Positions 27,576 to 38,404 are shown, counted from the stretch's first letter. The stretch: 64,000 bases of DNA from Oceanicaulis sp. (GCA_043513725.1 CP121338.1:2668838-2732837); one strand, 5' to 3'. Program-made: numbers and translations. The notes: generated from the letters alone by a model not told the origin.

Positions 27576-29687
27576 ATGCGTCAAACGCTCCTCGGCCTTT
27601 TGGCCACCACCGCCCTGACCACACTCGTCTCGGCCGGTGCGAGCGCCGAAACAGGCACGACGGCCAGCACCGAGACCGACGACGTGATCGTGGTCACCGG
27701 CCGGTATCTGTCTCTCGACCAGGTCAATGGCCTGAAGACGCCGACGCCGATCATCGATGTGCCGCAGAGCCTCTCGATTGTATCCGCAGACCAGATTGAA
27801 GCTCAGGCCTTCACCAATATCGGCGATATCCTGCGCTACACGCCGGGCCTCACGATCAGCCAGGGTGAGGGGCATCGCGACGCGATCAACATTCGCGGCA
27901 ATCAGACCACGGCAGACTTCTTCCTCAACGGCGTACGTGACGACGTTCAGTATTATCGCCCCCTCTATAATCTGGAGCAGATCGAAATCCTGCGCGGCTC
28001 AAATGTGCTGCTCTTCGGGCGCGGTGGTGGCGGCGGTGTGATCAACCGCGTGACCAAAACGCCGGAACTCGGCGAACAATTTGTCGGCACGCGGGCCAGC
28101 ATTGATACGTTTGGGGCTTATCAGCTCAGCGGTGACCTGAACCTGCCGGCGACCGACAACTCGGCCTTTCGTCTCAACGCCTTTGTCGAAGAGCTGGCCA
28201 ATCACCGCGATCAGTTTGACGGAACGCGCTACGGCTTCAATCCGACCTTCAGCGTGGATTTGACGGGCCAGACGACGCTCGACCTGTCCTATGAGTATCT
28301 GAATGACGATCGCGTGGTGGACCGCGGCGTCCCGTCGGTCAGCGTTGCGAACAGACCTGACGTTCCGCTGGAAGGGGAGCGCGATACCTTCTTCGGCGAC
28401 CCGGATGAAAATTTCACAACGCTGGAAGCCAACATCCTGCGCGCGCGTGTCGACCATAGCTTCAACGAGGCTTTCCGCGGCAATGTCACGGTCCAGTACG
28501 CCGACTATGACAAGCTGTATCAGAACATCTATCCGGCTGGCTTCGAGGCCAGCACCAACACGGTGACGCTGGACGGCTATCAGGACCCGACGATGCGCGA
28601 AAACCTGATCATTCAGGGTAATCTCATCGGCGAGTTTGCCATGGGTCCGTTCACTCACACCCTGCTCGTGGGCGCTGAGTACGGTGATCAGGCGACGACG
28701 AATGCGCGCAATGACACGCTCTTCGTCGACAGCAATGACGACCAGATTGACGTCACCTTCACCAACCCGCTGGTGGTGCCGGACTTTGGCTATTCGGTCC
28801 CGGTGCGTGACCGTGCGTCCGACGTCGAATTCACCTCGCTGTATGTGCAGGACCAGATCGACATCACCGACACCTTCAAGCTCGTGCTGGGCGCGCGCTA
28901 TGACCGCTTCGACGTTGCTGTGACGGACTTTCAGGCCATCACCGCGACGGATAATGGTCGCCGCGGTCGCGTGGATGAAGAAATCTCGCCGCGTGCCGGC
29001 CTCATCTACAAGCCGGCAGAGAATGTGTCCTTTTACGCCAGCTATTCAGAGACCTTCCTGCCGAGCGCGGGTGACCAGTTCCTGACCCTGTCCACGACCT
29101 CTGAAGACCTGCAGCCGCAGCGCTTTGAAAACGAGGAAATCGGGGTGAAGTGGGATCTCGAAAACGGTCTCAGCCTGACCGCTGCTGCCTTCCGGCTGGA
29201 GCGCGGGCAGTTCACTTCCGTTGATCCCGATGATCCCTCTATCGTGACCACGGTTGAGGGCAGCGTGACCGAAGGTCTGGAGCTTCAGCTGACCGGTGAC
29301 GTCACGGACGCCTGGACGGTGATCGCGGGCTACAGCTACCTTAATGGCACGGCCGATGGGGGCGCGTTTGACGGCAACACTACCCGCCAGACGCCCGAGC
29401 ATATGGCCTCGATCTGGAACCAGTATGAAGTCAACGAGCAGCTGTCGCTCGGCCTCGGTGTCACATATCAGGGCGAGTATTTCGTCCGCGAAGACAATGC
29501 TGTGCTGGTGCCGGACTTCACCCGCGTGGACTTCGCCGTCTTCTACGACCTGACCGACGAGACGCGCCTCCAGCTCAATATCGAGAACCTGTTCGATACC
29601 GAGTATTTCCCGGATGCCCACTCCAACGACAATATCTCAACCGGCAAGCCGTTGAATGCGCGGGTGAGCGTCAGCCACCGCTTCTAA
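27576..29687 (+). CDS. TonB-dependent (siderophore-type) outer-membrane receptor
   Basis: 703 aa with a signal peptide, plug domain (..DVIVVTG.., ..IEILRGSNVLLFGRGGGGGVINRVTK..), a long beta-barrel and a terminal ..SVSHRF. Confidence 0.9.
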   Translation: MRQTLLGLLATTALTTLVSAGASAETGTTASTETDDVIVVTGRYLSLDQVNGLKTPTPIIDVPQSLSIVSADQIEAQAFTNIGDILRYTPGLTISQGEGHRDAINIRGNQTTADFFLNGVRDDVQYYRPLYNLEQIEILRGSNVLLFGRGGGGGVINRVTKTPELGEQFVGTRASIDTFGAYQLSGDLNLPATDNSAFRLNAFVEELANHRDQFDGTRYGFNPTFSVDLTGQTTLDLSYEYLNDDRVVDRGVPSVSVANRPDVPLEGERDTFFGDPDENFTTLEANILRARVDHSFNEAFRGNVTVQYADYDKLYQNIYPAGFEASTNTVTLDGYQDPTMRENLIIQGNLIGEFAMGPFTHTLLVGAEYGDQATTNARNDTLFVDSNDDQIDVTFTNPLVVPDFGYSVPVRDRASDVEFTSLYVQDQIDITDTFKLVLGARYDRFDVAVTDFQAITATDNGRRGRVDEEISPRAGLIYKPAENVSFYASYSETFLPSAGDQFLTLSTTSEDLQPQRFENEEIGVKWDLENGLSLTAAAFRLERGQFTSVDPDDPSIVTTVEGSVTEGLELQLTGDVTDAWTVIAGYSYLNGTADGGAFDGNTTRQTPEHMASIWNQYEVNEQLSLGLGVTYQGEYFVREDNAVLVPDFTRVDFAVFYDLTDETRLQLNIENLFDTEYFPDAHSNDNISTGKPLNARVSVSHRF

Positions 29688-29711
29688 GGCGCAGGTCCAA
29701 ATCGAAACAAG

Positions 29712-29745
29712 AAACGGCGGCCCATCGGGCCGCCGTTTTTGTTTC
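29712..29745. terminator. bidirectional intrinsic terminator (receptor / fumC convergent)
   Basis: Hairpin AAACGGCGGCCC-atc-GGGCCGCCGTTTTTGTTT. Confidence 0.7.
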
Positions 29746-29769
29746 GAGGAAGCAAAGAAGTTGAGCGCG

Positions 29770-31161
29770 CTATTTCGGCCCGACCATGTTTTCGGGGCGT
29801 ACAACGCGGTCGAATTCCTCTTCGGTCACGAAGCCCAGCTTGATGGCCTCTTCGCGGAGCGTCGTACCGTTGGCGTGGGCCGTCTTGGCCACGGTGGTGG
29901 CGTTGTCATAGCCGATGGTCGGGGCCAGCGCCGTCACCAGCATCAGCGAGCGCTCCATAATATCGGAGATGCGCTCTTCATTGGCTTCGATGCCGACCAC
30001 GCAGTTATTGGTGAAGCTGACCGCGGCGTCTGCGATGAGCTTGGCGCTGGTCAGCACGTTCCAGCTGATCATCGGCTTGAAGACGTTAAGCTGGAAATGG
30101 CCCTGACTGCCCGCAAAGCTGACGCCGGAATTATTGCCCATGACCTGGGCACAGACCATCGTCATGGCCTCGCACTGGGTGGGGTTCACCTTGCCTGGCA
30201 TGATGGAACTTCCCGGCTCATTCGCAGGCAGGGCGATCTCGCCAATTCCGCAGCGCGGACCGGAACCAAGCAGGCGAATATCGTTGGCGATCTTGAACAG
30301 AGAGACAGCCGCGGAATTCAGCGCGCCATGGGCTTCGACCATGGCGTCCTTGGTGGAGAGCGCTTCAAACTTGTTCGGCGCGGTTACGAAGGAGAGCTTG
30401 GTCAGGCTGGCGACTTCTTCAGCAAAGCGTTCAGCAAAGCCGACCTTGGCGTTAAGGCCCGTGCCGACAGCCGTGCCGCCCTGTGCCAGCTCTAGCAGGG
30501 CCGGCAGCGCCGCTTCGATGCGGCGGATGGCGTTGTCGATCATGTGCACGTAGGCGGAAAACTCCTGACCGAGCGTCAGGGGCGTGGCATCCATCAGGTG
30601 GGTGCGGCCGATCTTGATGATGTCGCCAAAGGCTTCCGCCTTGTCATTCAGCGCGTTGCGCAGGGTCTGAAGCGCCGGAATGACATCATGGGAAAAGACT
30701 TCAGCAGCTGCGATATGCATCGCTGTCGGGAAGACATCGTTGGACGACTGGGACCGGTTCACGTGGTCGTTGGGGTGAATGGGGTCCTTGGAGCCAACCT
30801 CGCCGCCCAGGATCTGGATTGCCCGGTTGGAGACCACCTCATTGGTGTTCATGTTCGACTGGGTGCCTGAACCGGTTTGCCAAACGACCAACGGGAAGTG
30901 GTCGTTGAGTTTTCCTTCAGCGACTTCCAGCGCGGCCTGGGCGATGGCGTTGCCATGCTCGGCCTCCATGTTGTCGAGCGCCATGTTCGCCTTGGCTGCG
31001 CAGTGCTTGACGATTCCCAGTGCGCGGATGAGCGGCAGCGGCTGCGTCTGGCCACCAATCTTGAAATTGATCAGCGAGCGGGCGGTCTGCGCGCCCCACA
31101 GCTTGTCAGCTGGCACCTCAAGAGGGCCAAAGGAATCGGTTTCAACACGCATCTCGGTCAT
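29770..31161 (-). CDS. fumC: class II fumarate hydratase
   Basis: 463 aa from the ATG at 31159-31161 (GGAG upstream). [26 protein letters not shown].., with the lyase signature [16 protein letters not shown]. The 37-codon upstream extension in the ORF track is not FumC-like. Confidence 0.95.
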   Translation of the reverse strand: MTEMRVETDSFGPLEVPADKLWGAQTARSLINFKIGGQTQPLPLIRALGIVKHCAAKANMALDNMEAEHGNAIAQAALEVAEGKLNDHFPLVVWQTGSGTQSNMNTNEVVSNRAIQILGGEVGSKDPIHPNDHVNRSQSSNDVFPTAMHIAAAEVFSHDVIPALQTLRNALNDKAEAFGDIIKIGRTHLMDATPLTLGQEFSAYVHMIDNAIRRIEAALPALLELAQGGTAVGTGLNAKVGFAERFAEEVASLTKLSFVTAPNKFEALSTKDAMVEAHGALNSAAVSLFKIANDIRLLGSGPRCGIGEIALPANEPGSSIMPGKVNPTQCEAMTMVCAQVMGNNSGVSFAGSQGHFQLNVFKPMISWNVLTSAKLIADAAVSFTNNCVVGIEANEERISDIMERSLMLVTALAPTIGYDNATTVAKTAHANGTTLREEAIKLGFVTEEEFDRVVRPENMVGPK

Positions 31162-31270
31162 GGAGCGCTCCAGCTTATGAACAGGTCTGTTAACCGTTGC
31201 GCTTGTGAAGGCGCGCCGGTCATCCGACATTAGGGCCAATAACGAATCGGGTGTGTAGCACCGGGCCGCC

Positions 31271-31681
31271 ATGGATCAAGACAATCGTCATTCACCGGCT
31301 CTTGTTAACCCACCCGACTGGGATGGTGTGGACTGGACAGGGAGGGGCAAGGTGCAAGCCGCTGACGTAAACGGGTCGCTGCAGTTGCGTGTGGACGCAC
31401 TGACCAGCCAGACCAAGCGATTCAAGTCGTTGATCGGGTCGTTTTTCCGGACCGAATTCAATCGCGTTCGCCCCAAATACGGCCCGTATGAGGTCGTGAT
31501 CGAGATTGAGCGCACTGAGGACAGCCCCGTTCATGACGTGGACAATGTGGCCAAGGCGATCCTCGATTCGCTGACCGGTGTTGTTTTCCACGACGACAGC
31601 CAGGTGGAGCGCCTGCATGTCGAGAAGGTCCTTGGTGAGCGTCCACGCGTGAAGGTGCGGGCGAGGCCGCTGGCCGGTTAG
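31271..31681 (+). CDS. RusA-family Holliday-junction resolvase-like protein
   Basis: 136 aa. The C-terminal half, ..[33 protein letters not shown].., matches the RusA catalytic pattern D-x-D-N-x-x-K...D.L....DD.QV. The N-terminal roughly 50 aa are not recognisable. Confidence 0.65.
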   Translation: MDQDNRHSPALVNPPDWDGVDWTGRGKVQAADVNGSLQLRVDALTSQTKRFKSLIGSFFRTEFNRVRPKYGPYEVVIEIERTEDSPVHDVDNVAKAILDSLTGVVFHDDSQVERLHVEKVLGERPRVKVRARPLAG

Positions 31682-31702
31682 GGCACTGCTGCCATCGAAA
31701 AC

Positions 31703-31740
31703 AAAAAAGCCCCGCCTCGTATTGAGGCGGGGCTTTGTTC
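31703..31740. terminator. bidirectional intrinsic terminator (rusA-like / MCP convergent)
   Basis: Hairpin AAAAAAGCCCCGCCTC-gtatt-GAGGCGGGGCTTTGTT. Confidence 0.75.
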
Positions 31741-31757
31741 TTGACCTGAGGTTTGTA

Positions 31758-33443
31758 TCAGGCGGCGCGCAGCGTTTTCAGGAAGGCCTCATACTCGGCC
31801 TCCCAAGCGCTTTGGCGTTCCTTCAGCTCCTTGGCGGCCTGCATCACGTCGCGGGCAACAGTTGCTGTCTCACCGGTGAGCGACGAGAGTTCACGCACAT
31901 CGTCATTGGCCTTGCTGGCCCCTTCGTCGGCGCGTTGCGCAGCACCCGCAATTTCGCTCGTGGCCGCACGCTGCTGGGAGATCGCCGAGGCGCTCTCGGT
32001 GGCCAGCGCCTGTAGCTCACGCATGGCTGTGCGGGTTTTCTCGGCTGAGGTCGCCGCATCGGTGGACGCCGACTGGATCGCGTGGATCTGACTGGCGATC
32101 TGCTGCGTGGCCTGGCTGGTTTGTTCAGCGAGGGACTTCACTTCGCTGGCCACCACGGCAAAGCCCTTGCCAGCCTCACCGGCGCGCGCGGCCTCGATCG
32201 TGGCGTTGAGAGCCAGCAGGTTGGTCTGATCGGCAATGGTCTCGATGAGCTCTACAATCGCATCGATGGACTGGGCTGCTTCTGACAGGCGGCCGACGGT
32301 TCCAGCGCCGGCCTCTGCTTCCGCTCCCGCTTCATCTGACAGGGCTGTTGTGCGCGAGATTTGCTCGGACACCTCGTTGATTGAGGCGGCGAGCTCTTCA
32401 GATGCCGAGGCGACCGACTGGATGCCCGACGCCGCAGCGTCTGCGGCTTCACGAGCGGTTTCTGAGCGGCTTGACGCTTCGCCAGAGGTCGCCTGCATGC
32501 GTTCGGCCGCGGTCGTCACCTGGGCGGAGGCTGCAGACACGCTCGCCAGCAACTCGGTGGACATGCTTTCAAAGCGGGCCACAGCCTGCTCGACCTCTTC
32601 CTGGCGCTTGGCGCGACGGGCAGACGCCTCGCTGTCGCGCGAGGTGATATCGTCCGCGTCCGCAAGGGCCCGTTGCAGGGCAGCCAGCGCCTGGCCCAGG
32701 GCACCAAACTGGTCGCTGCGGTCGATGCCAGGGATAGTGAGGTCGCGTTTGCCATCGGCCAGCGCTTCGACGGTTTGCTGCACATCAACGACCGACTGGC
32801 GGATCACCGCCGTGATCTGCAAGGTCAGAAAGGCGAGGGCCGCAATGATCAACACCAGGGCAGCCACATCGACGATGGTTGAGAGCTGAGCCAGCTGATC
32901 AAGGCGGGCCCAAGCCGCGGCTTGATCGGCCCTCGTGCCATCACGGACCACTTCGATCTGCGTATCCATGCGGTCGTCGAACACAGCCAACTCGTCGAAG
33001 AAGGTGGCGAGCTGAGCGTCGGAATATCCGGCGATCTCGCTTGAAGCGCCAGAGATCAGAGCCTCCAGCTGGGGCATGTCGTTTCGTACCGAGGCGAGGG
33101 CACGTTCGTATGCGGGAGCGTCAACGCGGCCCTCGGTGTCGCGCAGTGCGGCCTCGAAATCGGTCAGATTGCCCAGCGCAGCCTCAATCCGGTCCGGTGT
33201 GGCAGCACCAGCCATCAGATAGGTGTCGCGCATCAGGGAGGTGAGGTCTTTTTCAAGGCTGCTGGCCGAAATCAGCGCTTCCGTCGCCGCACGTCCTTCT
33301 CGCTCGGTTGCTCCAGCCATCATGTCGAGCGTTTTGGTGATCCCGACATACGCCAAGACCATGGCGATAGAGGTGATAGCGATAAGGCGAAGGCGACTAT
33401 TCAACGACAGGGCGTCTAGAAATTCGCGCATTTTAATACCCAT
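31758..33443 (-). CDS. methyl-accepting chemotaxis protein
   Basis: 561 aa with an N-terminal TM, periplasmic helical domain, second TM plus HAMP, and the conserved signalling hairpin ..[40 protein letters not shown]... An alternative start lies at 33431. Confidence 0.9.
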   Translation of the reverse strand: MGIKMREFLDALSLNSRLRLIAITSIAMVLAYVGITKTLDMMAGATEREGRAATEALISASSLEKDLTSLMRDTYLMAGAATPDRIEAALGNLTDFEAALRDTEGRVDAPAYERALASVRNDMPQLEALISGASSEIAGYSDAQLATFFDELAVFDDRMDTQIEVVRDGTRADQAAAWARLDQLAQLSTIVDVAALVLIIAALAFLTLQITAVIRQSVVDVQQTVEALADGKRDLTIPGIDRSDQFGALGQALAALQRALADADDITSRDSEASARRAKRQEEVEQAVARFESMSTELLASVSAASAQVTTAAERMQATSGEASSRSETAREAADAAASGIQSVASASEELAASINEVSEQISRTTALSDEAGAEAEAGAGTVGRLSEAAQSIDAIVELIETIADQTNLLALNATIEAARAGEAGKGFAVVASEVKSLAEQTSQATQQIASQIHAIQSASTDAATSAEKTRTAMRELQALATESASAISQQRAATSEIAGAAQRADEGASKANDDVRELSSLTGETATVARDVMQAAKELKERQSAWEAEYEAFLKTLRAA

Positions 33444-33523
33444 TCAGTGAATGATTAATTCCGGGCACGACAGTGAGCTGAATTTGGTTAACCGAAGGCT
33501 TTTGACCTGCGCCGTTAAACGCG

Positions 33524-34696
33524 TCAGGTGGGGCGCCTCAAACTGCTCAGGGCCAACAGGCCAAGCACCGGTCCGATCGCAAGCGGCACAAGCGCATATT
33601 GCCAGCCGATGACACCTGCCCAAACCGGCAGAAGCTGGACACTGATAACCGTCAGGGCAAAGCCCATTGCGGTTTGAAGGGTCAGCAGGCTGCCAGCCAG
33701 TCCTGCTGGCGCGCGCTCCGCGATCGCGGCGGAAAACTGGGCGCTGTCGGCGATGACCACAATACCATAGATGACGAGCAAGCTTCCGAGTAGCCAGCCT
33801 GGGGCCGACCAGACCAGCGGGGAGGCGAAGGCGCACACCCCACCCACTGCCAGGGCTGCGCCAGCGACCTGCAGTCGGCCATAGCGGTCGGCCAGCCAGC
33901 CCGCAGCCAAGGCTCCAAGGCTGCCCACAGCAATAATGCCGAAGGTGAACACGCCGATTGCGCCAGCACCGGAAAGACCTTGCTCTGCTCTCCAGACTGC
34001 GATGAAGACACCTGCCCAGGCCCAGAACGCATAGAGCTCCCACATATGGCCGAGATAGCCGAAATTGATCGCGCGCAAGTCTCGCCGCATCAGGGCGGCG
34101 AAGGCCGCGCCGGGTTTAAACGCAGCGCCGGGCGGAAAGGCCGGACCGGTTCTCGAGATGCCAATGAGGACCGCAGCCGTTAGTGCCGCCAGTCCCGCTC
34201 CGGCGAACGGCGCGCGCCAGTCAGCCGTGACCAGGATCGGCGCAGCGAGGTGGGGCAGAGCCGAGCCGAGCGTAAGCGCTCCTACAAGCAATCCGACGAG
34301 CAGGCCCGCATCGCCCTTCGCCCAGCTGGCGGCCAGCTTCATGCCGACCGGGTAGACGAGCGCGAGCGCTGCACCGGACAAAACGCGAAGGCCAATCATC
34401 AATAGGCTGTCTGGGGCCAGAAGCGTTGCTGCAAGGCTCGCCAGTCCAGCAAGGGCCGCACCGACGGCGAAGACGCGCCGCGGGTCGAACCGGTCTGGCA
34501 GGTTTAGCGCGGCACTGAGCAGTGCGCCGATCACGAAGCCGACCTGAACGGCACTCGACAAGGCTGCGCCAGTCGTCGGTGAGAGGGCCGTGCCTGCTTC
34601 GATGGCAGGCAGTGCTGCGGCACCTGCGAACCAGACCGACAGCGCCAAAACCTGACAAAGGGCGATAATGAATAGACTGAGTGCCTTATCCGGCAT
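33524..34696 (-). CDS. MFS transporter
   Basis: About 12 hydrophobic helices. The start is uncertain (ATG 34696 or 34738), and both overlap the upstream thioesterase 3' end. Confidence 0.75.
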   Translation of the reverse strand: MPDKALSLFIIALCQVLALSVWFAGAAALPAIEAGTALSPTTGAALSSAVQVGFVIGALLSAALNLPDRFDPRRVFAVGAALAGLASLAATLLAPDSLLMIGLRVLSGAALALVYPVGMKLAASWAKGDAGLLVGLLVGALTLGSALPHLAAPILVTADWRAPFAGAGLAALTAAVLIGISRTGPAFPPGAAFKPGAAFAALMRRDLRAINFGYLGHMWELYAFWAWAGVFIAVWRAEQGLSGAGAIGVFTFGIIAVGSLGALAAGWLADRYGRLQVAGAALAVGGVCAFASPLVWSAPGWLLGSLLVIYGIVVIADSAQFSAAIAERAPAGLAGSLLTLQTAMGFALTVISVQLLPVWAGVIGWQYALVPLAIGPVLGLLALSSLRRPT

Positions 34697-35165
34697 CGGA
34701 GGCAGGCGCGCTGTCACCGGACAGCGGAGTGCCTTCATCAAGCGGGCGGATAGCGGCTGTGGCGCTTGCTGTCGCGCAAAGCACGCCGTCCTCGTTATAG
34801 AGCTCGCCTTGCGTGAAGCCGACGGTCGAGCCTAGCCGCACTGTTTCACCAATACAGCGCGCCCGCCCGGTCATGAGTGGACGCAGGAAGCTGGTCTTCA
34901 TTTCAAGCGTGGGCACCGCTGACTTCAGGCCGGTCCGCACAAAGACCGAGAAGCTCATCGCCTCATCCAGAAATGCAGTGACAATTCCGCCTTGTACCGA
35001 GCCATTCGGATTCAGGAATTCCGGCCGTGCGGTAAACCAGGCGTCGATGCGGCCGGTCTTGGGGTCCGCATCAATCAGCTCAAACCCCAGATGCTTCGTG
35101 CAGGCGGGCACGAAGGACGGGTTGGCCATGATTTTCTTCAAGTCATCGCGTGTGATGGAAGACAC
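34686..35165 (-). CDS. PaaI-family hotdog-fold thioesterase
   Basis: Has ..LGFELIDAD...G...A.F...PEFLNPNGSVQGGIVTAFLDEAMS... The GTG at 35163-35165 has AAGGA 9 nt upstream. Confidence 0.75.
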   Translation of the reverse strand: MSSITRDDLKKIMANPSFVPACTKHLGFELIDADPKTGRIDAWFTARPEFLNPNGSVQGGIVTAFLDEAMSFSVFVRTGLKSAVPTLEMKTSFLRPLMTGRARCIGETVRLGSTVGFTQGELYNEDGVLCATASATAAIRPLDEGTPLSGDSAPASDAG

Positions 35166-35170
35166 GCTGC

Positions 35171-35635
35171 CTAGTCCTTCTTGCGAAAGGCTTCCAGGCT
35201 GACCACCGTCGCGTCGCCATCGCTATCGCCGTCTTCATCATCAGTTTTGTCTGCCGAATTCGGCGACACCGGCTCCGCGCCCGGGGCGGGCGGCGTGTAG
35301 TTGAAGTGCAGGCGAAAATCCACACTGGGATCGTGGAAGCGCGTGATCGCGCGCCACGGCACGAAAAGATACTTCGGCACGCCGCCAAACTTCAGCGTGA
35401 CTTCAAAGCCGTCATCGCTCGTTGAAAGGTCCCAGAACTGGTGTTCCAGAACGATCGTCATCTCGTCGGGATAGGACTCGCGAAGCCCGTCATCAATGTC
35501 GCAACCCGGATCGGTGGTGCGGAACATGATGTAGAAATGATGCGCTCCAGGCAGACCCTCGGGTCCTGCCGCACGCTCGACCGATTTGCGAACAACCGTG
35601 CGCAACGCATCGTGAGTGAGCTGGTCATATCCCAT
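35171..35635 (-). CDS. sspB: ClpXP adaptor SspB (alpha-proteobacterial type)
   Basis: 154 aa from the ATG at 35633-35635. ..HFYIMFRT..PG..IDDGLRESYPDEMTIVLEHQFWDLSTSDDGFEVTLKFGGVPKYLFVPWRAITRFHDPS.. is SspB-domain-like, with an acidic flexible tail and a C-terminal ..LEAFRKKD. Confidence 0.75.
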   Translation of the reverse strand: MGYDQLTHDALRTVVRKSVERAAGPEGLPGAHHFYIMFRTTDPGCDIDDGLRESYPDEMTIVLEHQFWDLSTSDDGFEVTLKFGGVPKYLFVPWRAITRFHDPSVDFRLHFNYTPPAPGAEPVSPNSADKTDDEDGDSDGDATVVSLEAFRKKD

Positions 35636-35786
35636 CAGGTCGTTGGCCACGCAGCGATCCCCCTGTGTTTGTCGAAAAGACAACGGAAGCCTATCGCAGC
35701 CGTTGGCGTCGTCAATCGGCGTGAGCGGCTGGTCTCGACTCACCCAGCGGTTTAAGCCTTGGCAATCGATCAACTGGAAGGCTTTG

Positions 35787-37142
35787 ATGTCGCCGTCAAA
35801 ATTGCGCCGGCCCAAGCAGGACCTATTCGTACCTGCAAGCGTTCAGCCGATGGCTGCAAACGCCAGCTGGAGCACGCGAGCACAGCTCATGCGCGAGAAC
35901 CCTCTCGCGACGCTCCCGGATGCCCTCTTCGACCAGACCCATGTGATCGGGCCCTATCTCGGGCGCTCGGTTCACCAGCTTTCCGGGCCCGCTGAAATTC
36001 GTTCTGTGCTGCAGGGCAATTTTGTCGCATGGCGAAAATCACCCCTGATTCTGCGCATGCTCCGGCCAATCCTTGGCGATGCCATTCTGGTGGCGCAAGG
36101 GGAGAGCTGGAAAAGTCAGCGACGCACTATCCGACCCGCGTTCAAGAAAAAGCGTGTCGACCACTTCATGCCTCTCGTTGCCACTGCCGCGGACGCGGCT
36201 ACTGAGACGCTCGCCCGGACATCAGATCCGGTGGACGCGCACGCGCTCATGAACGAGACGACGCTGTCGATTATCGAGCAGGCCCTGTTCTCCTCGTCTG
36301 AAGGGTTTGATCGGGCGCGTGTTAGATCCGCGCTCGAAGATTTGCTGCTTGAAGTTGGAACCGTCAGGCGGACCGACCTTGTTCCCTTTGCCGAGTGGGT
36401 GCCGCGACCGATGAGCCAGCGAGGGCGTGCCGCGCTGGCGGTTTTTCGCGAGGCCGCCTCGGCTCAAATCCAGCGGCGCCGGGCGAGCCCTGACCCCGGC
36501 AACGACCTGCTGGGTCTTTTGCTCGAAGCGGGCGAGGGAGCGCACGAGGTTGGCCTCTCTGACGACGATATCCGTGACACCCTCATGACATTTGTTGCGG
36601 CAGGCCATGAAACCACGGCACTGGCGCTGACCTGGGCGTTGTATCTGGTGGCCAATGACCCGGACTGTCAGGCTGCGCTGCAGGCTGAAGCTGGCGAGGC
36701 CTGGGGTGAGTATGGCCAGCTGATTTTGACGCATCAGGTCATTGAGGAGGCTCTGCGCCTGTTCCCGCCCGCTCCGGTCTTGGGGCGGCGAGCTATTGAA
36801 GACACAGACATTTGTGGCGTGCCGGTCAGAAAGGGCGACGTAGCATTACTGGCCTTCTATGCGCTTCAGCGTCACCCGCGGCTCTGGGATCATCCCGAAC
36901 GCTTTGACCCTGACCGCTGGAGCGCGGATCGCCGACCGGCAGACCGCTATATGTCCATGGCCTTCGGCGGTGGGCCGAGAGCCTGTATTGGAGCCCAGTT
37001 CGCCATGATGGAGGCGAGCATCATCCTGGCCACCACCCTGTCCCGGTTCACAGTTGAGCCGACTGGCGCGCGGGTGGAACCGGTCATGCAGGTCACATTG
37101 CGCCCGAAGCATGGCATGCCGCTGCGGTTCCACCCGCGCTAG
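35787..37142 (+). CDS. cytochrome P450
   Basis: I-helix AAGHETTA, ExxR (EEALRLFPP) and the heme-thiolate loop FGGGPRACIGAQFA. The ATG at 35787 (GGAAGG upstream) is preferred, with an alternative at 35850. Confidence 0.9.
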   Translation: MSPSKLRRPKQDLFVPASVQPMAANASWSTRAQLMRENPLATLPDALFDQTHVIGPYLGRSVHQLSGPAEIRSVLQGNFVAWRKSPLILRMLRPILGDAILVAQGESWKSQRRTIRPAFKKKRVDHFMPLVATAADAATETLARTSDPVDAHALMNETTLSIIEQALFSSSEGFDRARVRSALEDLLLEVGTVRRTDLVPFAEWVPRPMSQRGRAALAVFREAASAQIQRRRASPDPGNDLLGLLLEAGEGAHEVGLSDDDIRDTLMTFVAAGHETTALALTWALYLVANDPDCQAALQAEAGEAWGEYGQLILTHQVIEEALRLFPPAPVLGRRAIEDTDICGVPVRKGDVALLAFYALQRHPRLWDHPERFDPDRWSADRRPADRYMSMAFGGGPRACIGAQFAMMEASIILATTLSRFTVEPTGARVEPVMQVTLRPKHGMPLRFHPR

Positions 37143-37151
37143 GTCCGGCTT

Positions 37152-37961
37152 TTAATGGCTCCCCGGGATGCTGTCGCAGGACGGCAGAATTGCCCGGTAT
37201 TCGGCCATGGTCGGCAAGCCGACTTCGGCGCGGCGCTCATCCACCACCGGTTCGGGATCGCTGAGCGGGGTCTGCAAGGACTGGACACCCTCGCGACACT
37301 CGAACTGAGACCCATAGGGCTGAGGTGCCCCCTCCATGACCGCCAGTCGATCGGTCAGCAGCGCATAGTTGTCCGGTGCAATCTCGCCCTGCGGAAGCAG
37401 GCGTTGGAACCGAGTGTGAATCTCGCGCATGAAGTCCGGATCGTCGGTGGCGTGCTGGACAATGAGGAAGGCGTCATTGTCGGCTTCATCACCAAACTCG
37501 GAGATGGTGAACCAATCCCGGTCATCCAGTTCCGCTTTGATCCAGGATTGATTGTCCGCGTCGATCCGTTTCATGCGCTGCATCAGTCTCAGCCATGTGA
37601 TCATGTTCTCGTTCGGGCCGGCACCTGGAGTTTCCAGCAGTTCCAGGATCAGGTGTCGAATGCGCTGGTCGCGCTCGGTGCGGTAGGCCAGCTCGTCTAC
37701 AACGCTTGCCTGATCGCGGCGGTCCCTCCAGGCATCAATCGCCGCGCGGTCTTCCTCCAGATAGGCATCATAGAGATCGTCGGCAGTTGCGAGCTCACCT
37801 GCACTCTCCTGAAGAGTTGAGGCTTCTGCGCCATCAGCAGTGCAACCGGATGCAAGAACCATCGCAAACCCCAGCACTGTCGCTGAAAGAAGGCGTGCGG
37901 TGAGGGGAATGTCGCGATGGGAGGTCCGCCGCGTGTCGAGGGTAGAAGACGTGTCAGTCAT
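37152..37961 (-). CDS. hypothetical lipoprotein (possibly DUF6624-like)
   Basis: 269 aa with lipobox ..MVLASGC. Motifs ..AFLIVQHA.. and ..PQPYGSQF.. recall DUF6624, but this is unverified. Confidence 0.55.
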   Translation of the reverse strand: MTDTSSTLDTRRTSHRDIPLTARLLSATVLGFAMVLASGCTADGAEASTLQESAGELATADDLYDAYLEEDRAAIDAWRDRRDQASVVDELAYRTERDQRIRHLILELLETPGAGPNENMITWLRLMQRMKRIDADNQSWIKAELDDRDWFTISEFGDEADNDAFLIVQHATDDPDFMREIHTRFQRLLPQGEIAPDNYALLTDRLAVMEGAPQPYGSQFECREGVQSLQTPLSDPEPVVDERRAEVGLPTMAEYRAILPSCDSIPGSH

Positions 37962-38062
37962 GAAAACTCCAACCAGATTGTTTCTAATTCACAATACATC
38001 GAAAAATGAGGTATTGTGCAAACCGCATTATTCGTCTTTCCAGACAAGGTCAAGGAGTTTGA

Positions 38063-38404
38063 ATGGCCGACTCATCGTCAGAGCGAGCGCGAATTGAGCG
38101 TCAGATGCGCAAGGGCGTTTTAGGCGTTGCGGCTCTGGCGGCCCTGAATGACGCCCCGGCCCACGGCTACGCGTTGGCCCAGCGGCTGAAAGATGTGCTG
38201 GGCGGCAGTGTGGCTGAGGGCACGCTGTATCCGTTGCTGGCGGGCTTTGAGGCCGCGGGATGGATTGAGCACGATTGGGACACCAGCCAGCCTGGGCCTG
38301 CGCGGAAAGTTCACCGTCTTACTGCAACAGGACGAGCGGCCGCCGGCGAGCTGATCGCCTCCTGGCGGGAGACTGCGTCACGAATTGAGGACATGGCCCC
38401 ATGA
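38063..38404 (+). CDS. PadR family transcriptional regulator
   Basis: Has ..PAHGYALAQRL......VAEGTLYPLLAGFEAAGWIE..W........RKVHRLT..G... Confidence 0.85.
   Translation: MADSSSERARIERQMRKGVLGVAALAALNDAPAHGYALAQRLKDVLGGSVAEGTLYPLLAGFEAAGWIEHDWDTSQPGPARKVHRLTATGRAAAGELIASWRETASRIEDMAP

Noticed and set aside
31161-31760. Prophage remnant around the RusA-like gene
   Set aside because: Only a single phage-associated family is present. The flanks are fumC and an MCP, with no att-like repeats, integrase or other phage genes that I could see.
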